Source: an uncultured Chloroflexia bacterium (lineage in GTDB: Bacteria; Chloroflexota; Anaerolineae; CG2-30-64-16). Taken from it: DNA of 64,000 bases. A program made the position numbers and the translations under genes. This document shows positions 42,945 to 53,777 of the stretch, piece after piece (the first letter of the stretch is position 1; every line of letters starts with the position of its first letter). Under the pieces are notes generated by a model. That model saw only the letters and a program-made list of their open reading frames with translations. It was not told where the DNA came from and did no database searches. The stretch lies in contig CAVZDU010000008.1 of NCBI GenBank assembly GCA_963774265.1, positions 192,001-256,000 of the forward strand, given 5' to 3'.

Positions 42945-43922
42945 ATGATTGAACAAACGATGCGCCAATATCTGACTGCCAATCCTCGCCTCAAGTACGT
43001 CTTCTTCGGTGGCAAGGGCGGTGTGGGTAAGACGGTGCTCGCCGGTACGGCGGCCCTGTGGATGGCCGGCCAGGGTAAGAAGACGCTGCTGGCTTCGACC
43101 AATCCTGTGCATTCTTTATCCAGCATGTTGGATCAGAACGTCTTCGGTAAGGAGACGCCGGTCACGGGCGTGCCCAACCTGTCGGCGCTCGAGATCGACA
43201 CCAAGGACACCATCGAGAAGTCCAAAAAGGAGATCCGCGAGAAAATCGAGTGGTTTCTGAAGTATGCCGATGTCAAAACGAAAGCGGACGAATTCGTGGA
43301 GTCGGCCACCATGAATCCGGCCTTCGAGGAGTCGGCCATGTTCGAGAACATGATCGATCTCATGTTCGACGACAGGTACGAAGCCTATGTCTTCGATACC
43401 GCGCCTACGGCTAACGCTCGCCGGTTGTTGGGCATGTCCAGCGTTTACTCGATGTGGGTCAACAAGATGGTACAGAGCCGCGAGGAGGCCACATCGCTGC
43501 GCGACCTGCTCTCCTACAGCAAACGCAAGAAGCAGAAGGACCCGCTGATGGACTACCTGCTAAACCTGCGCGAGCGGATGGGAAAGGCCAAGACGCTGCT
43601 GACGGATGCCAGTTTGACCTCCTTCTTCTTCGTCGCGCTGCCGGAAGCGTTGCCAATTGCGGTGATCACGCGCTTCATTAAGTGGTTCCAGGAGTTCGGC
43701 ATCCCGGTCGGTGGGGTGATCGTGAACATGCTCATCGACAAGGACAGCGTAGGGCCGGACGCGCCGGAGTTCGTCAAGAACCGCGTCGCGATGCAGGCCG
43801 AGCATATGGACACCGTCTGGCAGGAGTTCGACGGCCAGGTGCGGGCGTTATTGCCATTGTATGAGACCGAGGTGCGGGGCACGGCTATGCTGAAACGCAT
43901 GGCCGACGAACTCTTCGCGTAA
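42945..43922 (+). CDS. ArsA/Get3-family ATPase (single domain), copy 2
   Basis: GGKGGVGKT, STNPVHSLS, DTAPTAN, LPE, IVNM; no Cys. Confidence 0.9.
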   Translation: MIEQTMRQYLTANPRLKYVFFGGKGGVGKTVLAGTAALWMAGQGKKTLLASTNPVHSLSSMLDQNVFGKETPVTGVPNLSALEIDTKDTIEKSKKEIREKIEWFLKYADVKTKADEFVESATMNPAFEESAMFENMIDLMFDDRYEAYVFDTAPTANARRLLGMSSVYSMWVNKMVQSREEATSLRDLLSYSKRKKQKDPLMDYLLNLRERMGKAKTLLTDASLTSFFFVALPEALPIAVITRFIKWFQEFGIPVGGVIVNMLIDKDSVGPDAPEFVKNRVAMQAEHMDTVWQEFDGQVRALLPLYETEVRGTAMLKRMADELFA

Positions 43923-43942
43923 CGCTCCAGACAAGTGCATAG

Positions 43943-43979
43943 GTCGGCTGGCGCAAACCCGCAGCCTGCGCCAGCCGAC
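43943..43979 (+). terminator. 13-bp stem hairpin after the ArsA operon
   Basis: GTCGGCTGGCGCA / TGCGCCAGCCGAC; no U tract. Confidence 0.5.
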
Positions 43980-44123
43980 AGCTGTCAGGCGAACGCCGCG
44001 CAGCAAGGCGAAGGTGTTGCCGATTTTTCGGGTCGGCGCTACGATAACCTCGCAAAAGGGTGCGCGATCTCTCATTGCCATTGGAGCGCATGCCGTTCCC
44101 CATCGCCGCCAGGAGATCTTGCC

Positions 44124-45711
44124 GTGCTCGCCAAAGTCCACAGTTGCGCATTGATAGGTTTGGATGGCGCCGTCGTCGAGGTGGAGGCCGACCTCAACAC
44201 GCGTGCCCTGCCCTCGGTCATGTTGGTAGGCCTGCCTGATACCGCGGTCAAAGAATCCACCGAACGCGTGCGGGCAGCCATCATCAACTCCGGCCTCAGC
44301 TATCCACGCGGCCGCGTCACGGTCAACCTGGCGCCGGCCGACCTGCGCAAGGAAGGACCGGCGTACGACCTGCCCATCGCGGTGGCGCTGCTCGTCTTGG
44401 CCGAGCAGATCCCGTCCGACCTGGATGGCGTGCTCTTCCTGGGCGAATTATCGCTCGACGGCTCGTTGCGCCACGTCAACGGGCTCCTGCCGATGGCGCA
44501 CCTCGCCAAGGAATTGGGGTACGAGTCGCTATTCGTACCGCAGGTCGATGCACCCGAAGCGGCGCTTGTGCAGGGAATCGACGTGTATCCCGTGGATACG
44601 CTGGGCAGGCTTGCCGCGCATTTTCGTGACTATCACCCCATCGAGCCGTATCGCACGACCTTCAATCTCGACGCTTCACCCCCGCCCTATGCCTGTGACT
44701 TTCAGGACGTGAAGGGTCAGGAACACGTCAAAAGGGCGCTGGAGGTGGCAGCAGCTGGAGGTCACAACGTCTTAATGTCCGGCCCGCCTGGGGCAGGCAA
44801 GACGCTGCTCGCTCGCTCGCTGCCTTCGATCCTACCGCGTTTGACCTTGGGCGAAGCACTGGATGTAACCCGCATCTATTCGGTTGCGGACATGCTGCGC
44901 AGCAGCGTGTCAGAAGACGCGCCGCTGATCCGGCATCGGCCGTTCCGCGCGCCCCATCACACGATCTCTCACGCCGGTCTGGTCGGCGGCGGGCAGTGGC
45001 CGAGGCCAGGCGAGATCAGCCTGGCGCATCGGGGCGTCCTGTTCCTGGACGAAATGCCCGAATTCAGCCTGCATACGCTGGAAGTTCTGCGACAGCCCCT
45101 CGAGGACAAAATTGTTACGATCAGCCGGGCGCAGGGAAGTCTGACCTTCCCGGCCAACTTCATGTTGATCGGAGCTCAAAATCCGTGCCCGTGTGGCTAT
45201 TTCGGCGATCCAGAACATGCGTGCAGTTGCAGCCCTGGATTGGTGAGCAAGTACCAGAAGCGCCTGTCAGGCCCGCTCCTCGATCGCATTGACATCCACG
45301 TCGAAGTCCCGCGCGTCCCGTTCCAGAAGCTGTCGGACGAGCCGGCGCGGTGAATCGTCGGCGGCCATTCGCGCGCGCGTCGAGGCAGCCCGAGCGCGAC
45401 AGACGACTCGCTTCACGCAGGGCGCCGGGGACCCCAAGGCAAAGCCCGGTACGCGAACCAGCCCCCGGCCGGCGACCAGCCTGACATGCAACGCCGACAT
45501 GGGACCCACGCAGGTGCGCGACTTCTGCCAGGTGGACGAGACGGGACGCCAGTTGCTGGCCGCAGCGACACGGCAGATGAACCTGAGTGCGCGGGCATTT
45601 CACCGCATCCTGAAGCTGGCGCGGACGATTGCGGATCTGGCAGGGGCCGAACGTATCCAGCCCGCGCATATTGCTGAGGCGATCCAGTATCGGCCGAGGC
45701 GACAAGAGTAA
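44124..45711 (+). CDS. comM: ComM/YifB Mg-chelatase-like AAA+ ATPase (frameshift near 45342)
   Basis: GTG start after AGGAG; [41 protein letters not shown]; C-terminus ([19 protein letters not shown]) is in another frame. Confidence 0.92.
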
Positions 45712-45736
45712 GTCGCAAAGATACTCCACGTCTATA

Positions 45737-46714
45737 CTATTCAGCCGTTACTTTCGTCAGCATTTCGTACCTGCGGTAAGTTCGGAAGCCGAACTTGCTG
45801 TAGAAATCGAGCAGATGAGTCCAGTCGATCACACAGCCTGCAATCCCGGCGTCGCGCAGCTCCCGCAGTCCCGCATCCAACACAGCCGCGCCGTAACCGC
45901 CCCCGCGCAACGCAGAGCTGATGCCGATCGGGCCAAGATGCCCCCACGGATGCGGCAGGCTCGCCATGAAGACGCGGTCAAGGGAGCGCAGCGAATCTTC
46001 ATAGGTCAGCCAGCAAAAGCCATCGATACCTGTCGAAGTGAGCAGCACCATGAAGTCGGAAATGCGGCCACCGCCGGTCAGGAATTCGCGCGCCTCGTAA
46101 AGCCAGCGCCCGCTGAACTCACGCCCGAAAAATGCCAGCAGCGCTCCTTCGTCACCCGGCTGCGCTGGCCGCACCTGGGCGGACAGGGTCGCGCGCACAA
46201 ATGGCGGCGCCTGGTACACGCGTAAGTCTTGCGCGACGTCCCAAACTACCGGGCCATGGGCTCGAGGAGCATAACCTCTTCGTTGAAAGAAATCCTCCGA
46301 AGCAAGGCCAGAGGGCAGGCCGGGAGCGAATGGCCGTAGGCTACCGCCCAACCTGAAACGAGTGCAGCCGTGTTCGGTCAACCACCCCTCGGCCCAGTCG
46401 AGCAGCCCGGCGCCGATCCCCTGGCCTTGATGCGCAGGCGCCACCGCAATTGCGTCGACCCAGCCCGCCTCAGGCGCTGAAACACCGGGGTCACCCGCTG
46501 AAAACTCGGTCGTCAGCACGAACCCGACCGGATGGCCGTCAACGAACGCGATCCGTCCCGCCTGTTGCGCGCCGGTCGAGGGCCGGGTGTTGTAACGGAC
46601 GCCGGCCAGCGTGATTGCGAGATCAGGCCCGCATGCCGCATTCCACAGGTTTGCCGCAGCCGCCAAGTGATCGGGGTCGCCACCATCAAACGCATCGAAA
46701 CGAACGAACGTCAC
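45737..46714 (-). CDS. Tandem GNAT acetyltransferase
   Basis: Two acetyl-CoA motifs, HQGQGIG and LRGGGYG; VIDW; downstream of nagZ. Confidence 0.85.
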   Translation of the reverse strand: MTFVRFDAFDGGDPDHLAAAANLWNAACGPDLAITLAGVRYNTRPSTGAQQAGRIAFVDGHPVGFVLTTEFSAGDPGVSAPEAGWVDAIAVAPAHQGQGIGAGLLDWAEGWLTEHGCTRFRLGGSLRPFAPGLPSGLASEDFFQRRGYAPRAHGPVVWDVAQDLRVYQAPPFVRATLSAQVRPAQPGDEGALLAFFGREFSGRWLYEAREFLTGGGRISDFMVLLTSTGIDGFCWLTYEDSLRSLDRVFMASLPHPWGHLGPIGISSALRGGGYGAAVLDAGLRELRDAGIAGCVIDWTHLLDFYSKFGFRTYRRYEMLTKVTAE

Positions 46715-46775
46715 AGCACCCCCTGAACGAGAGGCGCCCCTACGGGGACACGACTTACGCCCAGCTCTCCGTTTC

Positions 46776-48428
46776 TTATGACAACTCCACCGGCAAACGG
46801 CCTCCCGACTCTGCGCTGCCCAGCAGCACCGAAACCAGCGCTTCCAGCAACGGCGGATTCGAGCCATAGGTCGCGATGCAGGTGCCGGCGCCATCCAAAG
46901 CCACACAATCATAGGGGGCGGCTACGGTGACGACAACAAGCGGCACGTGTGCATCGACAAGCGCCTGCACCAGGTCCGCCTGGGTCGGATGGCTGGCGAC
47001 ATTGGCAACAGTCAGAATCACGGTCTTGCCGCGCGCCTGATGAAACACTTCCCTGATGTCATCCTCAGTAACGTCTTCAGGGAGGATCAGGCCATCTGCG
47101 CCGAGCGCACTCATAATGTGGTCCGCGACAATGGGCCTGAGCGCGCCGGAAGCAAAGTCCCCGCGGCTGGCCAGTTCGACAACGAGCACAGAACCATCAC
47201 CCTCTCTGCCCGCAAGTGGGAGAAAATGTTCCCGATCCCGCAATACTGTGATTGCCTGCTCTGCCACCCGCTGTGATAAGCTGCGCGTCTCGAAGCTTCC
47301 CACACTGGATACGTTTTGCTTGGCAGTCCATCGAGCGCCTGCCAATCCATCCAATAACCCGTATCCACCCTTGACCGTGAGGATGCGACGAACCGCAGCG
47401 TCGAGACGCGCCATGGAGATCTGCTCCCGCTCGACAGCCTGCACCAAGGCCGCGTGCACCTGCCGGTGAACAGTGAATCCATGGCTGATGCAAAGCATGT
47501 CCGCCCCCGCTGCCAGCGACGCAACAGCGGCAGCAGGCACCGGGAAGCCACTTCGCGCAAGTGCACCCATTTCCAGCGAGTCGGTGAGGAGCAAGCCATC
47601 GTATCCCAGCTCGTCGCGCAGCAGCCCGGTCATCACCCTCGAAGAGAGGGTGGCCGGGAGCCCGGCGGTCTGATCGACCGATGGAAACGTAACATGGGCG
47701 GACATGATCCCCGCAACGTCGGCATCGATGGCTGCCCGGAAGGGCACGAATTCGACGGCCTCCAGCCGGCTCCGGTCATGCGCAACGGTCGGCAGAGTGA
47801 CATGGGAATCGATCCCTGTGTCGCCGTGACCCGGGAAGTGCTTGCCCACGGCCATCACTCCTGCGCCCTGCAGCCCCTCGATAAACGCCACACCGAACGC
47901 AGCCACCCGTTGGGGATCGGAGCCAAAGGAGCGCGTACCGATAACCGGGTTGCGAGGATTGCTATTCACATCCAGGACCGGGGCGAGGTCCATGTTGATG
48001 CCCACAGCCAGCAGCTCGCGCCCCAGCGCCGCGGCCACCAGCCGGGCGTTCTCGGGAACGCCGGTTGCACCAAGCGCCATGGGACTTGGAAATTCGGTAT
48101 AGCCGCGCGCCTGTCGCAAACGGGTCACCCGGCCGCCCTCCTGGTCGATGGAGATAATGAGGGGCGGATTGCCACCCTGAATAACTGTCGCCTGCGCTGC
48201 GGCAGTGAGTTCAGCCAGCTCTTCGGGCGCGGCCACATTACGCTCGAACAGAACCAACCCACCTACATGCAGGTCAGCAAGCATATCGGCCACTCGCGAA
48301 GTCATGGCCGTATATCGGGCGCCCGTTTCGGTCGGATCCAATCCGATCAGCATGATCTGACCGATCTTCTGTTCCAGGCTCATGCGTGCAAGCATCCGTT
48401 CGACGACCTGCCCTGTAAAGTGAACCAC
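46776..48428 (-). CDS. nagZ: GH3 beta-N-acetylhexosaminidase
   Basis: DQEGGRV, APVLDV, KHFPGHGDTGIDSH, MSAH, TDSLEM. Confidence 0.92.
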   Translation of the reverse strand: MVHFTGQVVERMLARMSLEQKIGQIMLIGLDPTETGARYTAMTSRVADMLADLHVGGLVLFERNVAAPEELAELTAAAQATVIQGGNPPLIISIDQEGGRVTRLRQARGYTEFPSPMALGATGVPENARLVAAALGRELLAVGINMDLAPVLDVNSNPRNPVIGTRSFGSDPQRVAAFGVAFIEGLQGAGVMAVGKHFPGHGDTGIDSHVTLPTVAHDRSRLEAVEFVPFRAAIDADVAGIMSAHVTFPSVDQTAGLPATLSSRVMTGLLRDELGYDGLLLTDSLEMGALARSGFPVPAAAVASLAAGADMLCISHGFTVHRQVHAALVQAVEREQISMARLDAAVRRILTVKGGYGLLDGLAGARWTAKQNVSSVGSFETRSLSQRVAEQAITVLRDREHFLPLAGREGDGSVLVVELASRGDFASGALRPIVADHIMSALGADGLILPEDVTEDDIREVFHQARGKTVILTVANVASHPTQADLVQALVDAHVPLVVVTVAAPYDCVALDGAGTCIATYGSNPPLLEALVSVLLGSAESGGRLPVELS

Positions 48429-48575
48429 GTTTGCCTCCCCTGGTTCTCATTGCTGAGGCCATTGTCGGACGGGTTGAACGCTTTGTCAAAGCCGGGGTAG
48501 AATGATGGCGCCCGCCGTGCGGCATCGAGTGCGCATGGGCTGCTTGTTCATCATCAGTGTGAAGAGGGGCCAATC

Positions 48576-49778
48576 ATGTCAAACGAAAAGCTGGCGGAAC
48601 GCGCCGCGGATCATCTGGACTTTCTCTGTGTCCATTTGCCGACACGGGCTGTGGGGTCACAGGGAAACCGAGATGCGACCAGGTACTTTGCCGATGTGTG
48701 TCGTGCAGCCGGCTGGGAAGTCGAAACACCCGTGTTTCAATGTATGGCATGGGACGAATCTGGTGCGGACCTGCACGCTGGGGGTGCCGCGTTCGAGGTG
48801 CTTGTCAGCCCCTACAGCCTGTCCGCCCAGGTCAGACGCGCCGTTGGTTGTGCTGACTTCCGTCGAAGACCTGGAAGTCATCGACCTGACTGGCAAGATC
48901 GTGCTGCTCCGCGGAGAATTGACCAGGGAGCAGTTGGCGCCGAAGAACTTCCCTTGGTGGAACCCGCAAGAGCACCAGCGCATCATCGCCGCGTTGGAAA
49001 AGGCGGCGCCGCTGGCCATCCTTGCTGCCACCACCCGCAATCCTGAGACGGCCGGCGCAGTGTATCCCTTCCCCTTGATCGAAGATGGTGACTTCGACAT
49101 TCCCTCGGCTTACATGACCGCGGAGGAGGGCCAGAAGCTGGCCGTGTACGCAGGAAGGAAGATTGACCTGGAGATCCGCGCCAATCGCGCGTTGTCTGAA
49201 GGGTGTAACGTAGTGGCGCGCAAGGGGGCGCGGGGCTTGCTGGCAATGCACGAACCGTTGTCACTGCGCACATTGACGCGAAACGGGGCACGCCAGGCGC
49301 GCTGGATGACGGCACTGGAATCGTAGTATTGCTCTTACTGGCCGAACTGCTCCGCGACTACGACGGCGAAAAGGCCATTGAGTTGGTCGCGTTCAATGGC
49401 GAAGACTACTATGCCGCGTCCGGCGAGCGGCTCTATGTGCAACAAAATGCCGACCTATCGACCATTGCCTTGGTCATCAATATCGATGGTGCGGCTTATC
49501 GTGAGGGCGACACGCACTTCTCGCTGTACGAATGTCCCGGCGATTTGGCTGGCCAGGTGCGGACCGTATTAACCAGACATGGCCTGGCTGAAGGTCCGCA
49601 GTGGTATCAGGGCGATCATTCCATCTTCGTGATGGGCGGCCGTCCGGCGGTGGCAATCACATCCGCCGCGCTGGGCGAGTTGATGACAGAGATCACGCAT
49701 ACAGCAAGGGATACGCCTGAGATCGTGGACACGGCAAAGATCGCGCAGATTGCGATAGCGCTGCACGATTTGGTGTGA
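48576..49778 (+). CDS. M28-family aminopeptidase with PA domain (frameshifts near 48835 and 49240)
   Basis: RAVGS, PA domain GKIVLL, TAHIDAK, PGALDDGTG, NGEDY, NIDG, GDH and HT split over three ORFs. Confidence 0.85.
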
Positions 49779-49815
49779 GTACCATGCTGGATTGAGGTGG
49801 CGGGGTACCTCGGCC

Positions 49816-52306
49816 CTACTTCATTGTAAAGAAGCGTTCCAAAAGCCGTTGTTTCCATGCCCAACGCACACCGAGAAGCCACATGGCTGTGGCGCCAACA
49901 ATCAGCGCGCCAGCGAGCCAATCGAGCACAGCCAGTTCGAACATGGAGCGCAGCACCGGTGATGCCAGGACGGCGGCGAACCCAAGCCCCAGTACTGCTA
50001 CAAGCAAGGCCGGACGGCGGTCACCGCTCAAAACATCTCCGCCGGTCCACCAGTCCGTCGGAGGTTCCACAAACACCACCAACAAGAGCCCGACGAGAAC
50101 CAGGAAGGCCGCCAGCGAGGTCTGCCCCACAGCAACTGCCTCGCGGAACCCCAACGGATCCAGGATCAGCTCGGCCGGCCCGAGGCCTCGTACATGAAGA
50201 AAAAGGGTGGCATAGAACACACCCAGCCCCAGCAGGCTGCCGAGCAGCGCCGGGGGAATGACGAAATGAGCCAGACGTAAGCCGAGCGATACGTGGCGTT
50301 CCTGGCGGCCGGGCCTCGCCCACAGCGCCAGCAGGACCGTGGGAATACCCACTGTGAAGAGTGTCGTCAGTGAGCCGTGGCGCAGATTGATCGGGAATGC
50401 ACCGATCACCAGGCTGGACAGGATAATGAGCGACAGGGCCGCGATCCGCGTCAGGAACAGCTTGAGGATGTCCTGCATACCGTTGATGATGCGCTGGCCC
50501 TCAGCCACAGCCGGCGCCAGTGCTGCGAAAGAGTCATTGAGCAGCACGATATCGGCGACCGAACGCGTGGCCTGCGTGCCCGACTGCATCGCGATGCCCA
50601 GGTTCGCCTTCTTTAGCGAGAGCACGTCGTTCACTCCGTCCCCCATCATTGCGACGTAGTGCCCGCGCGCTCGCAACGCGTCAACCAACTGCTCTTTCTG
50701 CTTCGGTGAGATCCGACCGAAGATGCTGCCCGAGTGTGCGGCTTCGGTGAGGGCCGCCCCTTGCATCTCCGCCAGGTCTGTGCCCGACACAAGCCTGCCG
50801 GTCACAAGGAACCCCGCCTGTCGCGCCAGGGCGGCAACCGTATCCGGATGATCGCCGGATATGATCTTCGGCGTCACGCCGTTGGCGACAAAGCTATCCA
50901 GGGTAGATCGGGCGTCGGGGCGGAGTTCGTCGGAAAGGGCTAGCACTGCTGCAGGAACCATCGGGATGGGGAGTGTCGACTCATCGCCCTGATCCTTGAG
51001 AAGCCTCGGCTCCGGGTGGTAGCACATTAGAAGCACCCGCAACCCCTGACTCGTCCATCGATCTATTGTAAGGGTCAGTGCGTCCCACGAGTTGCCAAGG
51101 TAGGGCCTCAGCATCTCGGGCGCCCCCAAGGCATAAATGCCTCGCCGGGGCTCAATGGCTTCTGCCGAATGCTCGAATGAGTTGTCTTCATCAAACGCGA
51201 CAGCGCTCCACTTGCGTGCGGATGAGAAAGGTGTTTCAGCAGCCAGATTAGTCTTCTGCCCAGGGAACGCACGGGCGAGCGCCTCGGCGGTCTTGTTGCT
51301 CGCGGTCGATGATGCCAGCATCGCTCCCAAGGCAACGCGCACTTGCGCCTCGCCCGGCCCCTCGTCGGGGTATACCAGTATCCTCGAATTTAAGCCGGTT
51401 CGTCGTTAGCGTGCCCGTTTTATCCAGGCACAATACATCCACGTTGCTCAGTGACTCTATCGCGTTCGCCTGCTGCACCAGCGCGCCCTGCCGGGCGATG
51501 CGCACCGCACCCAGTGCATAGGCCACTGCAATCGCGACGAACAGGCCGTTGGGCACCAACCCAACGACGACCGTTGCCTGCTGCACACCTTCCGGTAAAG
51601 AGATCGCCTTGAGGATGCCGTTAGAGGCAATAAGGATTTCCAGATAGATCACGATCAACAGGAGCACGCGGATCGTAAGGTTAATCTCCTGCTGCAAGGG
51701 AGTCAGCACGCGACGGTATGCTCGCGCACCCGCCGACAGCTTCCCGGCCACGCTCTCCTGCCCCACCCGGGTTACCGTGAAATAACCACTGCCGTTGACG
51801 ACGAAGGAACCTGAGCGCACTTCGTCGCCTGGCGTCTTACGCACCAGGTCTGATTCACCCGTGAGCTGCGACTCGTCCACCTGGATGGTGCCGCTAATCA
51901 CGTCACCATCAACCAGCACCTGGTCGCCCGGACTCACCTTCACTGCATCGCCGATAACCAGCTCCTCGGGCAAAATCACTCGCTCGCCGCTTTGTCTCAG
52001 CACGGTTGACGTGGGCCGCGTGAGTAGCGATATCTGGTCGAGCATGCGCTTTGCGCGCACCTCTTGAATCACGCTGACCACGACATTGGTAAGGATAATG
52101 CCAACAGAGATGACCGCATCCAGGGGACGACCGACCAGGATCAGGCCGATGCCCAGCAAAAAGATTGCATTATTGATGAAGGTGAAGACGTTTTCGCGGA
52201 TGATCTGCCAGTAGGTTCGACCGGATGGTGGCGGCGGCGAATTGCCCTGGCCCGCGGCACGCCGGGCTTCAGCTTCGGCGTCAGTCAGGCAGGGCAAAGC
52301 GGTCAT
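49816..52306 (-). CDS. P-type ATPase, CtpE-like (frameshift near 51375)
   Basis: LTGES, DKTGTLT, PFSSARKWS, GAPE, ISGD, GDGVND; TM4 reads VPNGL. Confidence 0.9.
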
Positions 52307-53587
52307 TTAGTTCGGCGTTCCGTCCGAACGCCGGAACGCCATGATATCCTGGCGCCATGCTGCTACGAGGGCATCCTCGGCCGGATCCCCGCTATCGTGG
52401 CGCACTCGCCATTTGCGCAGGGCCAGCTCGTTCTGTGCGTTGGCGATGCGCCGGCCCGATGCGCCGGGAAAACCCGGGATAACACGCACGCCCCAACCCA
52501 ATTCATCTTGGAGCAGGCGATATTCATCCGGCGTCACCGCGGTTCCGACCTCCTCGGCCAACTCCGCGCGGATCACGGCCCGTTCCCACCGGCCGCCTTC
52601 TTGTAGCAGCTCGAGCACCGCGGCATAGAACAGCCCCAATGTAAACAGCGCGCCGGTAGCCATGCTCAGCCACAAGGCGACAGAGGGCATCTGCGCCAGG
52701 GACGTATTCACAAAGCCGAGGAACATGCTGACCAGGCCGGCCACGCTGATCGTCAGCGTATTCTGCACCAAATGTGCGGCAAGCGCGAGGATCACAAACG
52801 CGATGGGAGTGAAGATCTTCATCCAGCGCGCAGAGGTCTGCCGGGCAAGCCCAAACCCCGCGCCCATGAGCGCACCAAAGAGGGTGTGCCCATTAAGCCC
52901 CAGGAAATAGAAACGCGCGGCAAGTTGCTGGCCGAACGCAAGAGTCCCCGTGCGCAGAAAACCATCGGTAATGTAGTAAGCCGTCTCCGCAACTACGAAG
53001 CCCAACCCAACAAGCGCGCCATAGATGATGCCATCGCGCACAGAATCGAACTCTGCACGCAGGAAGATGATCAGCAGCAGCAATGCCAGCACCTTGACCC
53101 CTTCCTCAAACAACGCTGGGACAATGGCGCGGCTGAAACTTAGCTTCAAGATCTCATCGCGGCCGATCTTCTCCAGGGGCAGGGTGGACTGGCTGAGGGG
53201 GTCGAACGAGCGCGCATCCGCAGGCGTCAAGCCCAGCCCTTGGAGCAATCCATTGCCCGCCGGACCCGCGATGAGGAGCGCCAGCCCGACACTAACCACG
53301 ACACCAAACAGAAAGATGCCGAAGAAGACCAAGGGCGTTTCGCGCTCATTGCGGTCCAGCCACCAGAGAAACCCAAGACCAGGCAAGGCGAGAGCCGCGG
53401 CAGCGAGCAGGGCCAGCAGGAAGATGCCCGGCGCGCGCGAAGGCTGTTGACCCAACCACAGGCCGTAACCGGCCAACCCGGCTGCAAGAAGGACGACCAG
53501 GATGGCCACAAAGGCGATGACGACCGGTGTTCTCCGCATGGGCGATGCGGAAATCGAACGCGCCAGAGATGGTGGTAGCTGCGGCAT
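52307..53587 (-). CDS. PrsW-family intramembrane metalloprotease
   Basis: WWLDRNERE, EEGVK, DGIIYGALVGLGF, GH and HLVQN motifs. Confidence 0.88.
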   Translation of the reverse strand: MPQLPPSLARSISASPMRRTPVVIAFVAILVVLLAAGLAGYGLWLGQQPSRAPGIFLLALLAAAALALPGLGFLWWLDRNERETPLVFFGIFLFGVVVSVGLALLIAGPAGNGLLQGLGLTPADARSFDPLSQSTLPLEKIGRDEILKLSFSRAIVPALFEEGVKVLALLLLIIFLRAEFDSVRDGIIYGALVGLGFVVAETAYYITDGFLRTGTLAFGQQLAARFYFLGLNGHTLFGALMGAGFGLARQTSARWMKIFTPIAFVILALAAHLVQNTLTISVAGLVSMFLGFVNTSLAQMPSVALWLSMATGALFTLGLFYAAVLELLQEGGRWERAVIRAELAEEVGTAVTPDEYRLLQDELGWGVRVIPGFPGASGRRIANAQNELALRKWRVRHDSGDPAEDALVAAWRQDIMAFRRSDGTPN

Positions 53588-53777
53588 CCGATGCCCCCTC
53601 CGTCACTTGGGTCACAAACGTTGGTAGCAGTGAGTCATCGCACCAGTGCGGGGATAATATCACGACTGTGTGACGAGGGCAAGCGAATTTAACTCAGATA
53701 TCTTATGTAATGGTAAGTCGCATGGCACGTTGACTTAGCCTTGAATCGAGTCGCGCGCTTGCATCTTTCGGGAATGT

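Noticed and set aside
41953-43922. Arsenic resistance operon
   Set aside because: No arsR, arsB/acr3, arsC or arsD, and neither ATPase contains Cys
45289-45360. Programmed frameshift in comM
   Set aside because: No slippery sequence; matches the window-wide indel pattern
46715-46775. GTAG-type REP element (GTAGGGGCG on the minus strand)
   Set aside because: Single degenerate copy with no clear palindromic partner or RAYT gene
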